A stretch of DNA of 64,000 nucleotides from Azolla caroliniana. Taxonomy: Eukaryota; Plantae; Polypodiophyta. A model generated the notes under the pieces. It was not told the origin of the DNA. It did not search any database and was given only the letters and a program-made list of their open reading frames with translations. Where the stretch lies: positions 982 through 64,981 of the forward strand of contig JBHGNT010000148.1 of NCBI GenBank assembly GCA_043228905.1, given 5' to 3'. Below, in pieces: positions 39,003 through 51,528 of the stretch (position 1 is its first letter; every line of letters begins with the position of its first letter). Both the position numbers and the translations under genes were made by a program.

Positions 39003-40529
39003 ATGTTAATGGAAGCGAGGAAAAACAAGTCAGAGTACATAGAGCTAGATCTTCTAAGATCGACTAAGCCGCGTCCAAGTCCAACTTATGTCGGAATGGA
39101 TGTCAGGGGGGTTTCGAGTCCAATTCATGCTAAGGTGGCGAACCCGAGCGCTTCTAGTGGCTTGAGTCTTGTGGCCGATGCCCATGTGGACACAACGAGT
39201 GTTATTGTTGTTTCCGGTGACCCATGTCCAGCCGATGATTTTGAGGCGGGCCAAGGGCTTCCGAAGCACCCGAGGTGTCCACGTCCAACTGACACTCGAA
39301 TGGATCTCGAGAATTCGAAGAGATCAAGAAGTCCGAAGAAATCAGGAGGGGGTAAAGGTAAACACATGGAGTTTGAGTTTGTGAAGCCCCATGGGTCAAC
39401 AAGCTTCATGGCCAAGAGGCACCATGTGATGATTATGGGAGAGCCATCACTAGGACAAAGAGGAGGAGAAGGAGAGGAAGGTATGGAGATACAAGCTTCT
39501 GCAGATAAGCTCTTCTTTAAGGGCCAGCTCCTTCCTTTAGAGCAAGACCCAAGGTTACATGTAGTGCAAACTTTATCAAAAGGAGAGAACTATGAAGAAG
39601 AAGAAGAAGAGGAAGAGGAAGAAGAGTTGGTTCATCATTCTTGTAGCATTGATGATGGTGTGAAGTCAAGGTCTTGTACCGAAGTGTCTCGCGCAGATTT
39701 GAGCTTCCGATCTCAGCAAAGTAGTAGTTATTGGGGATGCAATTCTGAAGAGAAAGACTCTAGTAACTCTTCTTCGAGATGCTCCAATGGCAGCTCACAA
39801 GACTCATTGCCTCACAAAACCATCTCTTCTCATCCTCAATCTACTATGCATAGCATCAACCAAAGACCCAATTCTTCATCCAAGGCATGGAATTGGAAAA
39901 CCTTGCTGGGTAAGCTATGGAGTGAACCTTCTCATAAACAAAGGGTGCCCAAAAGCTCGGACTTGTCGCCCGAGAAACGGACGTCTCGACAAGGTCTCGA
40001 GGAGGAGGGTTCAAATCGCACGAATCACTTCATTGGGTTCGGATTTTCTAGGGGAGATAGGGATGAGAAGACGCGGAAACAACTCGACAATCTCCTAAAG
40101 ATTGGGATTAATGCTAAGGAGAGTTGGCATAGGTGTGTTGCCAAAATGAAGAGGCCCATACTAGTGTATAGGAACAAGAAGAAGAAGAATTCCTTCTTGA
40201 GTGTGCATTTTGGGAGGGAGGAGAGCTATAGCCATGGGTCTTTTAATATGACGAAAAGCTTAAGTAACACTCCTCTTACAAAGTCGCCTATGAGAGACTA
40301 TGATTCCATCTACGGCATCGGCCCTAGCTCATCCTCTAAATATATCCATCTTGGATGTACATCGAGTTGCCCTGGGTCGCTCATATCGTCACCCCATCAC
40401 AGTGGGGTCCTGGGTTCAAGCTCTTTCAACAACAAATTAACTCATTCACCCTCTTCTCTTCGTGACCTCCACCTCGCCATTCAAGGAGCCATTGATCATT
40501 GCAAGCAATCCCAATATGTCACACATTAG
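39003..40529 (+). CDS. MAKR: BKI1/membrane-associated kinase regulator (MAKR) family protein, 508 aa, intronless
   Basis: EFEF motif; SADKLFFKGQLLPL (family consensus PADELFxKGxLLPL); S-rich disordered middle; basic KKKK patch; SCPGSLISSPHHSG (like the BKI1 SAPASMRTSPTNSG segment); C-terminal LHLAIQGAIDHCKQS. Confidence 0.88.
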   Translation: MLMEARKNKSEYIELDLLRSTKPRPSPTYVGMDVRGVSSPIHAKVANPSASSGLSLVADAHVDTTSVIVVSGDPCPADDFEAGQGLPKHPRCPRPTDTRMDLENSKRSRSPKKSGGGKGKHMEFEFVKPHGSTSFMAKRHHVMIMGEPSLGQRGGEGEEGMEIQASADKLFFKGQLLPLEQDPRLHVVQTLSKGENYEEEEEEEEEEELVHHSCSIDDGVKSRSCTEVSRADLSFRSQQSSSYWGCNSEEKDSSNSSSRCSNGSSQDSLPHKTISSHPQSTMHSINQRPNSSSKAWNWKTLLGKLWSEPSHKQRVPKSSDLSPEKRTSRQGLEEEGSNRTNHFIGFGFSRGDRDEKTRKQLDNLLKIGINAKESWHRCVAKMKRPILVYRNKKKKNSFLSVHFGREESYSHGSFNMTKSLSNTPLTKSPMRDYDSIYGIGPSSSSKYIHLGCTSSCPGSLISSPHHSGVLGSSSFNNKLTHSPSSLRDLHLAIQGAIDHCKQSQYVTH

Positions 40530-42019
40530 GTTGAAAAATGTCCTAGCCTAATTGAAGTAAACATGTGAAGTCTTTCGAACCATAATCAATCATGTAAGGT
40601 GTCATATTGTTTCAACATTTCTTTCTTATCATGGTATATACACACACACACACCCTAGTTCAGAATCTTGTTTTACTCAAAAGTATTATACCCATCACGA
40701 TATATACCCTACCTACATTAATCTTCTTGGTTACTACAAGAAGTCATAACCGAGGGACGATTCACTTTGATCCAATATATCTCTACATGTTAAATGTATT
40801 GTGTACTAGTAGCCTCCTCCTCATGGCCCCTTGTTATAACCATGTAACTTTTGCTTGCCTTGTAAGTTCTAAGTTTTTCACATGTTTTCTTTTCTTAGGA
40901 ATTAATGTCACCAAGGACATGCAATCGACACTTATGGAAATCCATGGGTCACACATTTAGATTTTATGCTTCAATAATATCATACCTTGCCATGCCATAA
41001 TACCATTTACGCGTTCATGATGTGTAGTAGTCAACATTTTTATAATCGTGACCTTCGACAATGAAAGTGCCAACAAAAGTACAAAAATAGAATTCTTGCT
41101 TGACCATGAGTTGAGAGTCTTTAAGTTTTAAGTGATTTCACTATTCCATTGTCAATAAGCGACAAGATCAAAATATATGGGTTTATGGCTTCCACAACTT
41201 TAAACTGAAACATAGTATTTTCCGTGCAATATAGTTAGGATGGGATTTTATTGTGATAGCAAAAACTCTAAAATAAACATCAAGTTTTGTTTATTTCCCT
41301 ATATGCCCTTAGTCAACCCCTCTCAAGCAATTATATGAGGCACTCTTGAGCAACAATATAGTTTGTTCATCCCTTGTTTGTCAATTTGTGCTATCTAGGC
41401 AAATTTACAATCAATTCATCCTCCCCTATCTTTTGAGATTAAGCAAGGGTATTTATAGAAAATTCAATGGAGAGGCCATTTAATTGTTCAATGCGTTCAT
41501 TCGGTGGACTCTAGAGTGACTCACAATATGGTCTAATCTTATGATAAGAAACAATTTTATAATACAATGGGGCTCCCTTCTTATTCTTCTTGCATTGAGT
41601 GGGTTATTATTTGTGGGAACAATTTGTTGGGTCTCATAGGCCATTATGGTCTTACAAAGATGGTAAAATATCTTCATTTTGTCCTTCGTCCCTTTCTTTC
41701 TTACAAGTATTGGCAAACAAGGGTCGCTATGATGTCAAAATTTATGGGATGATGCTAATCCCAATTCTTCAAAACCTCGGGTTACCCTATTTCTCAAAAT
41801 ATGTAGTGTAGTATCTCTCAATTGTGATGCTTCTACAATCTGCCTTGTTATGGGCCCCTTTATCCGTAAATGTTTCTTGCTCTTGTTATGCCATTGGAGC
41901 ATTACAATATAAAGAAATATGGAAATACGACACCAATCATTGTGAAACCCTCTCAATACCAATGCATACTTTAAGAAAGAGGAAACAAAGGAATGAATCA
42001 TATCAGCGCGAGGAATGAT

Positions 42020-42868
42020 CAGTAAGCAAATCCCATTTTTTCAGTACTAGGTAAAAATGGGTAGAGAATTGGTAAGGAGAGGTGTGGCTGTTATGCTAGC
42101 AACTTGCAAATTTTGGAGATATGATAATGTACAAAACTCTTGGTTGGATGCTTATTGGAAATGGCTATGCACCATGCAAATTTCTAAAAGTTGTATTGTT
42201 TAGATAATTGTTGGTACATTATGGCATTCCAGAGGGGGCATTGCCATGATTTAAAATGTGATAGTTGTGGTTTTCCCATTGAAACAGTTCACCATGTTTT
42301 ATGGGTATGTCCTATTGCTAGAGCAATTTGGAAAAGAATGTTGAGAAATTTGTATCCTATTTATGGTAAACATGTGTATACATCGGGTTTTGTGAGATGG
42401 GGAAGGGTGGCTGAAGAAATACAGAATTATGAAAAGGAGTATGTTGATTTTCTTCTCCTCTCTGATGGAAGACATGCATTGGAGGTCTCTTATACTACAA
42501 CAATCCGTAGTTTGGAAGAGGACAAGGTTTGGTCAATGATATCTTCTTTAGTAGTTTGGGTATTGTAAATGTGTATTTCAGAAAGTCAAACAAAATGCGG
42601 TTCAGTTAGTCAAGGAGATATGGTGTGTTTTGTAAGCAACAACATTTTTGAGAAATTTGGAAAAAGACAGAGGTCTTCACCTCTCTTGGGGAGAGAATAA
42701 AGTGGAGATATGCTCCATCAAGTTCGCTTTTTCTTCCCCCCTGTCTTGGAAGGACCCTACATGAGGGCTTTTGTTACTCGACATGTTGGTTGATGTGGGT
42801 ATGAGGGTTGTTTTAGCCTTTGGACATCTTTCCATTAATACCAAGGTGAATCTTTATTAAAAAAAAAC
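42020..42868 (+). mobile_element. LINE 3' remnant (zf-RVT), 5' boundary approximate
   Basis: CDSCGFPIETVHHVLWVC finger, VWVL motif, A-tail at about 42859-42868; homologous to 46091-46835. Confidence 0.82.
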
Positions 42869-45059
42869 CTCAAATATTTTACTCTTAGACATGAGGTGCT
42901 ATTGTAATGCAATGCAATTGATATCATGATACGTATGGAGTTAAATAGTAGTTTTACCCCAACTTTCATAATTGAGCTCCCCATTAGGAAATAACTAGGA
43001 TGAAGCCTTACCATTTATTGGTTGATCATGAAGAAGGGGATGGATGCAAAGAATAGTATAGAAGGTTCACACTTTTAAGAGTTTTGAGGGACATGATCTC
43101 TATCCAATGAAGTCAAAAGTAAAAGGATACCACATGCATGGAAAACAAGTAATTTCAATGTTGAAGCATGTGTTAATTATATAAGTGAATAGAAGATAAA
43201 CAACTCCATGTGATGCCCCATGGTGGATTAGAAGTGGAAGTGTAGTTTCATGTTATGCATACTAGATCGAGAAAGATAATTGTGGAAACAACCACAAGAT
43301 TTAACAAAGCACTCAACGAACGGAGTAAAGGGTATGAGTGAATGGAGAAAAACACCAAAATGTCAAGTTTTGCAATACATAGTTTAAAGTGAGCCCTAAA
43401 AGAAAGTATAGCTCAACCAATGAAAGTAACCATTGGAATAGTTAAGTCACAGGTTCGATGCTCATGGAAACCCTTAGGTTACAAAGTAAAAAGATATGCT
43501 ACAATGACCAAGGTGACATACCATTGATCATAGACTTGCCATGCTAAATCTCAAGGATATCCTCCCAACACCTTTCTTTTTATTTTCTCATCTTATTAAA
43601 AAGGTTCAAAGATTGGAAATGTAATCTCGATTCAATTCCTCCCTATGTTCCTTAATTGGACCGAGGCCCCTCTAAATTGCCCCTAGGTCCAAGGGAAGCC
43701 CAAATTGTCCATACTTCCCTTTTCAAACTTAGGGCGATCCTAAATAAACTCTAGTTCTAGGCTTCAAGAGCTTTGTTACACAAGAAACACAAGAAGTGTA
43801 TATCTCTATTAAGTTGGGCATCAAAATGATAACAACGTACAATAGCAATGATAGCTCATGTGCTCCTAAAAGATTAGTGAATGAATCACCTTCCAATAAA
43901 TTCTAAGGTTTCACTCTACAAAATTGTTGTTAATTTTAAGGACCATTAACCCACCCATAGTGGTCAATGCAACCTTTTCTAATTGATTGCATGTGTGAGG
44001 GTAGTTGAAACCAAACATGAGGAGCCTGCATAACTTGAGGCACCCTTAGTTCATGGCCATGGGGTTACACACATCTTACAACGAATGGACTGATACGAAA
44101 TGTTCTTTTCCATGAAGTTATAAATATTTCATGCTTATAGGATTACTTGTGTTTACTCAACTTTTGATCACGGAGAGAGCGAGAAAATGATACTTGTGAG
44201 GACATTAGAAGGTAAGTTATTGAGAAAGAGGGTGACAATGGGGTAAAACTCAACGATTCATAAAAAGCCCCATTCAGATTTTGAGGCTTAAGAAGCAACT
44301 CATGTGGTAATGATATATTGGTATGAAGGGGTAATGAATCATGATGCCGTATCATGTCGATATATTTTACAATAGTACATAGTCTTATCATGGATCAAAT
44401 AATGGTCGCTGATAATGGCTTTAATTTACTTGTTCATGCCCAATGGGGCGTCTAGAGTCCTACTAGTGATCACTAATGTTTGAAATTTTGGCACGCTAAT
44501 AGATTTACTTGAGATGTGGATATGTACATACATATCCTTGTCATGTTGGGTTCCTTCACAAATTGTGTAGCATGGAGGTTTTTCATCAACATAGTTTATG
44601 CAACTAATTACATTATTTGGTATATTGTTTCTATTAGTAACCACATGGTCCAACTAATTACAATGTGAAGTTATGTTCCTAAAAATAGTTCTATCTTTTG
44701 GGAATTTTGAAGATACGCTTTTTAGCAATGTGGTCCATGACATGACATGACATGCAAATACTAACATTGTACAAAATTGCCAGCCTTTTTTTCTGTTCAA
44801 ATTGTCATCTATAATGCATGTGAGCATGCATTTTACACTCTCAAGATAAAGTGGTTATAGAAATTTTCCATATGGATGTCCATATGCTAAAATTTATGCA
44901 GTCATTTGTCCTTGTGGTCCTCCCTATGATTGTCGGTTTGGTGATTTACATCACTTACTGTCAAAAGTAATGAAATGGAGAAAATCCAAGTTTGATCCTC
45001 AACTTGGCTTTATCTTGACCCCTACATTGCAGTTTGGTACATGCACTCTACCTTGTCCA

Positions 45060-45425
45060 CTATATTGTGTTTTGGGCTCATTGGAAATAAAACACTAACT
45101 CTAAATTTCTCCAACTTTTTGATGCATAAATGCCTTCACTTGAGTCTTGATTTGTAATGGAACCACGTCTAAGATTCATATTAGTCATTTCGTTGTGTAA
45201 GCATTTAGTGGATTGCATGTTTTGATCCACAATATGTACCTTGTTTGCTATATTGTGGTTTGGGCTCATTGGACATAAAAAAATAACTCTAAATGTCTCC
45301 AATTTTTTGATGCATAAATGCCTTCATTTGAGTCTCGATTTGTAATGGAACTACACATAAGATCCATATAAGTCTTTGTATTGTGTAAGCAAGTAGTGGG
45401 TTGCATATTTGGATCCACAATATGT
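45060..45425. repeat. Two-copy tandem repeat, period 188 bp
   Basis: ctatattgtg...gatccacaatatgt begins at 45060 and again at 45248, colinear with scattered substitutions. Confidence 0.9.
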
Positions 45426-46090
45426 GTTATAGACATGACCATAATTTATCCCAAGGTACTGTGTACCGTTGTACTCTACACACGAGGATAAAAGTGTGAG
45501 GATTAATCGTGAGTGTAAAGAAGGGGGGATCACTTTAATCCTTGGGATTCGAACAACCCATGGGGGCCAAGGGTGCACTTGCATGGGGGGCCTTAGGTCT
45601 AGCTATAAATATGAGCCCTAGCTATCCTCATTAGACACATTATTCAACTACGTCGAGGAAATGAACTTGTAGTGAATAGACTCGATGCTATGGCAGTGGT
45701 ATGGGACGCCATTCAAGGCTCATGTCCGTCTCAATCCCTTTGCTTGGGAGTGGTTGAGTGGATCAATGTCTTCTTTCACTCTCTTTCTCTTTACTATCTA
45801 TAATTTATTTCACTGTCTTATGCTTACATTGGAAAATGCCAGCACATATAATGTTGAGATTAATTATCCTTAATTTTGTATAGAATTGACACTACTTGAC
45901 ATTTTAGGTGGGACAACAAAACAATATCTCTTGCTATTTGAGCATGGTGACACAATTTTCAAGTCTACTTGGGGTGCTTGAAAATGTCTAACAAAAAATA
46001 ATGGAACACTGTACTAATGGGAGAACCAATCATACTTAATTACGTAGCAAGTTATAGATTGGAACTTATGTGGTCTTAAGAAGATAATGC

Positions 46091-46835
46091 TTTTTTTGAA
46101 GTCAAGATTCACCTTGGTATCAATGAAAGATGCCCAATGGCTACAATGAACCCATACAATAAAATATACCCTCCTACCCACATCAATCTACATGTCTAGT
46201 AGCAAAAGCCCTCATGTAGGGTCCTTCCAAGACGGGGGGTTGAAAAAACCATCTTGGTGGAGCATATCTCCACTTTATTCTCTCCCCAAAAAAGGCGAAA
46301 ACCTCCGCCTTTTTCCAAATTTCTCAAAAATGTTGTTGATTACGAAACACAACATCAGACTCATCAGGTATTGCCTCATATTGACCTCTTAGAGTATGCA
46401 GGAGCATCAACCATATTCCTTGACTAACTCAACTGCATTTAGTTTGACTTTCTGAAATACATATTTACATATTGCCTTCCATAATACCTGAACTACTAAA
46501 GAAGATATCATAGACCAAACCTTGTCCTCTTCCAAACAACGGATTGATGTAGTATAAGAGACCTCCAGTACATGTTTTCCATCGGAGAGGAGAAGAAAAT
46601 CAACATACCCCTTTTCATAATGATGTATTTCTTCAACCAACCTTCCCCATCTCACAAAACCCACCCCACATATACACATGTTTACCATAAATAGGTTACA
46701 AAATTCTCAAGATTCTTTTCCATACTGCTCTAGCAATAGGACATACCCATACAACATGGTGAACTGTTTCAGTGGGAAAACTAGAACTATCACATTTTAA
46801 ACCAGACTTCACAAGAATGCTATAAGGTACCAACA
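46091..46835 (-). mobile_element. LINE 3' remnant, same family as 42020-42868, opposite orientation
   Basis: GFVRWGRLVEEIHHYEKGYVDFLLLSDG matches the + copy; T-run at 46091-46097 is the A-tail. Confidence 0.85.
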
Positions 46836-49575
46836 AGAAGATAATGTTTTTATAGTCTTATTCTTAGAATAAGTGCACCTATAAAAAAGAAGTTACCATA
46901 GAGAAGTAATTGACCAATATGCACGACATTCGTTAGAGAATGTGTTGATTAATAATTTGTGTCAATAATATTAAATACAAAAATGTGTATTGTTTCAAGG
47001 TGACGTATAGGTTTGTTTCGAAGGCCTCTTAATGACTTCTATGGAGTATGAGATTAATTTTCAAAATCAATAGTGATTTATCTTATTAGTAAAGCAGTTG
47101 TGAAGCTACAAACACAACACCAAAAGACTATGGAAAAGAGAACCAAAAACACTTCAAAAAAATCAACACATTATATTGAAGATATGATGTGTGCAATTTG
47201 ACAAAGGCCGTAACAAAACACAAAATTCTTGGACAAGAGAGATTCATAGCTAATGTGGAACCATTATGTGAAGGCTCCCTTACATACTGAGGGAACAATC
47301 TATGTAGTAGTGAATGCATGTGTAGCAATTAGCTAAGAGGATCTTCTACAACATCGTACATGGAACCATCTCTTTCCTAAATGCATATAGGATAATTATG
47401 CAAGTGGATAATCTAAAACAATATTCTTGTGTAAATATAAGTGATGACCAGATTTGTATGATCATAAGCATGCCAAAAAAACATTGCATTCTCCTATTAC
47501 CATTTGTAATAATGGAAAAGTTACCAAAATACCCCTACTTGTTAATAAACTTCCCAAACTACACCCTTCAGAGGATAAAATTGAATTATAACATTACCAT
47601 TCCAATCACACTATCTTATTCTTTGAATTCCTAAAAGACTCTCTCAAAAGGAAGCCCCCTTGTTCTCTCAATTGTACGGTATCATATAGTTCGATGCATC
47701 GAACCATGAGGGTTTTGTACAAGGAGAGTTCGTAATGAAAAGGGAGAGAGACAAGCATGGACAAGAGATAGAGATATTGTATGATTCAAGAAGCACGTGT
47801 ATATGATAAGTGCACATGAGCTATCTCGATTTAATGCTTAATTAGTTGATTGCTATGATGATTCACTAATTTGATCGATGCCTACATGTTTCCCTTCCCT
47901 CTCTTTATATAGTTGTTCACAAACATATGTTGTATGTGAGAGGTCATGAGATGCATGTGATGTATGATCGCCATTTGGTGCACATACGTTACATCTGATG
48001 CATGATAGCCATCTTGCTTATATGAGTTCCCATGTATAGAAATAGAATAAGACATAGTAGAGTGATGAGATAGTTACATAGCGTAGCTTATCCTAATGGT
48101 TTATACCTTATACTTGATGTATGGCTATAGGTTTAAGCCTCACTAATGTCACTTCATATAATATTTGAAATACTTCACGACAACAGAAACAAAGTTAAGA
48201 GGGAGAGGAGTATATTTAGAATTTGAAAACTAAGAGGGATTAGGAAAGTTGAAAAGTAAGTGATAGATAGATATGTTGATTTTATTATCATTATTGGATG
48301 TCAAATATGACCTATGGAATCAAAAGTGAAACATTTTTACGTAGTATATGTGGAATTAAGTATTGACTCTCAATACCCAAGAATTTCACAAATGTTGCAA
48401 TCAAGAGGACACATTATGATTGTGAGAGGAATGTGTGTAAGGAGGACTGGAACTTGATTGCATGGTTAATGTAGTGGATTGTATCAAAGTGTTTACTGTG
48501 TCTCCCGAAATTATTAAAAGAAAAATATGTATAGTCAAATGCTCTCCTCACTTGCACCCCAATGCCTTGTCTTACTGAAAAAAGAATGTGAGCTAAGTTG
48601 TATTGAAGCTTGGTTTGGTTGATGAAAAATTGGATGACCTTTAGCATGTACCAATCAATTTAGTTTCCTCTTTTGGAGAAGCACATGATTTTGTAGTTAG
48701 TTGCAACATATGCAATACTATGTATCAAACATGATCCTCCAAGTCTTTTCCAAGTTGTGATATTAAATGAAATTCCATCTCTTCTAAGCATGTGGCCTAT
48801 CACTTCCTCAAAGATTTGAGAAATTGTAAGCATATTTCACTTGGTACCTAAGTTCTTTCATATGTCTTTAAATATGTTCACAAGGAATCATATCAAAAGA
48901 TTTCATGCATTTAAGATGAATACTTAAAGTTATATGATCTTCACCGAACATACTGGTTGATGGCCTCTGACTCTCTTGTAATTTAGAAACCAAGTGATTC
49001 ATAATCATTTCTTCTATTATTGGTGATGTTGTTACATTGAAATCATCATGTTTAGAGAAGATAGAGAGAGGAGTATTTTGGGAATCGGAAAAGTAAGAAG
49101 AAAGAAAGTAGAGGAGACAAAAATCTCAATTTGGTAATATCAAGCTTTTCAAGAGTCATTTATGCGTTTTGGGAACAATTAAAGTTATTTTGGTAAAATT
49201 CCCTATAGTTGTACAATGAATGCAAAATTACAGCCAAATTTTAGTGAGGATAAAATGAATAGGAACTATGTGTGAAAAACATTGCGTCTCATGAAATTGG
49301 ATGGATTTGAAGTATTGCTCAAAAGAAGTTAGTGTAATATGCTTATTCGTAAGGTACAAAGAGAGATAATGGTATACTTATGTGTCAAACCTAGTATGGT
49401 CAAACACCTCAAGTTCATATTAAGAGTGAGTGCTAAATAACTTTGGGAAGACGGACTATTGTCTTTAGAGGGGGCAAAATGCATTGGGCCTTGAAGGTGG
49501 TGGGGTCAAGGAGAAGAAGTGCAAACTATGTGCAAGATGTAATGGAAGCACATTGTTACTTAAATAAATAAAATG

Positions 49576-49577
<2 letters not shown>

Positions 49578-49662
<85 letters not shown>
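49578..49662. repeat. Compound (TA)n(GA)n microsatellite 21 bp upstream of the protease ATG
   Basis: About 21 TA units followed by about 21 GA units. Confidence 0.95.
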
Positions 49663-49664
<2 letters not shown>

Positions 49665-49683
49665 ACCAAAGTAGTAGAGACAA

Positions 49684-50952
49684 ATGACACACAACATGTG
49701 GATGACAATAGCAATAGTAGTACTATTGGTGGTTCCGGTGGTGGCAAATGTGGCAAATGACATCAGTGGCTTGAATGAAACAAAGTTGTTGAAGATGTTT
49801 GAGGCATGGATGCACAAATTTGGAAAGGACAAGGTGTATGGTCACAATCCCCTCCTGAAGCTCAATCGATTCAAGACATTTAAGAAGAATGTACAGTATG
49901 TGTTGAGACACAACAAGATTTCTTCTTCTTCGTATAAGCTTGGCATCAACAGTTTTGCGGATATCACATTTGATGAGGCCCTCACTAGCCTATTGGTTGG
50001 GCACCAAAAGGATGGGTTCAAAACAACCAAACATAACCGTATATTGGCCCACGAGCAACCAACAACATCCCCCCGTCCTTGCACTACCGCCTCACAATTC
50101 GATTGGAGGTCACAAAATGTCGTCACTCCAGTTAAAGATCAAGGACAATGTGGTATTTATAATAATCCTTTCTTTCTTTCAAGGTCTTGCATTCTCTATC
50201 TATCTCTCTTAAGTTTTAGACTCATGATATAGGAAGTTGTTGGGCATTCGCTGCTGTCGCTGCAATCGAGAGTGCACATGCTATTAAAACGGGTCGCCTA
50301 CTCCGTCTCTCGGAACAAGAGTTGGTGAGTTGTGAGACAAAATACTCTAATGGTTGTGCAGGTGGATCCAAAGGCGCTGCCATGCAATGGGTCGTTAAGA
50401 ACAAGGGAATTGACTCACAATTGAGTTATCCCTACTTTAGTGGCATCACAAGAAATCGTGGCACTTGTAACTTCAAAAAAGTATTGTCTTCTCTTGCTCT
50501 AGAAGAACAAGTGCTATAAATTTGCCACGACGATTCTAGCATTAAATATCTAAAAACATTTTGTTATTTTGTTTATCTTATAGGCACACACTCACAAGGT
50601 GGCAACCATATCTAGAGTGGTCACTGCCCCTATGGCCAATGAAGCTGCTTTGTTATGCATTGTTGCAAAACAACCCGTTACTGTATCTTTGTTTGCAAAC
50701 AATGACTTCCTTCGGTATTCGAATGGTATTTTTGATGCTAACACAAGTTGTCCCTATCAACTAGGGACATCCAATCATGCTGTGACATTTGTTGGATGGG
50801 GACAAACTCTTTCTGGTGTCAAGTATTGGATTGTGAAGAACTCTTGGGGACGCTCTTGGGGCATGGATGGATATGCCTACATTAAGAGAGGTGGAAGCAT
50901 TCCACATGGAGTTTGTGGAGTCAATAATAACCCTATATATCCTATCATATGA
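49684..50952 (+). CDS. Papain-like cysteine protease (C1A) with I29 prodomain, 3 exons, 361 aa
   Basis: Exons 49684-50152, 50233-50480, 50584-50952 (GT-AG, in frame). Signal peptide, ERFNIN-like RFKTFKKNVQYVLRHN, LGINSFAD, FDWR, VKDQGQCGSCWAF (catalytic Cys), LSEQELVSC, NHAV (His), YWIVKNSWG (Asn). No KDEL or granulin tail. Confidence 0.96.
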
Positions 50953-51528
50953 CATTTTCTTGACGGATTTGATGACTCTAGGAGCTAGAAAACATACAAA
51001 TGACTTATAGGTTTAATAGAACAACTTATTTCTCCATTCCAAAAACAACTTGTATATAAATACATTTATCAATTGTCAAATATCTTTCACATGGAAAAGG
51101 ATTATTCATGGATATGATGCTCCAAACTAATTCATGAAGAAGACACAACGTGCATTGCACAATGTGATGATTTTTCTATGTTCTTGGAATGAAACATAAA
51201 AAATCTTCAGCATGTGCTTTTGTGCATGTATATAATATAATCTGACAACAGAGTGAATCCCAAAATATAAAAGTACTGCTAAGAAAATGAACCCTAAAAA
51301 ATTAATGTTTTATCGCATCATAAGTAAAAACTAAGCATTCATTAAGCCAAATTCGAACAACACCGATAAGAAACAAAAAGTTGTGTGTATGAGTAGACTC
51401 TAATGCATTGCCTCTTATTTGCAAACCTGGTGATATTAGTTTGAATTTGAAAGTCTCATCAAAGTGTTTACTAGTACATGATATAAACAAATCATACTAG
51501 CACATATGCAACTTTGCGAATAGTTTAA

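Noticed and set aside
45458-45872. Solo-LTR-like segment with TATA box (also about 47670-48185, containing the palindrome gttcgatgcatcgaac, and about 26690 onward)
   Set aside because: LTR-like texture only; no matching TG...CA ends with a TSD could be fixed.
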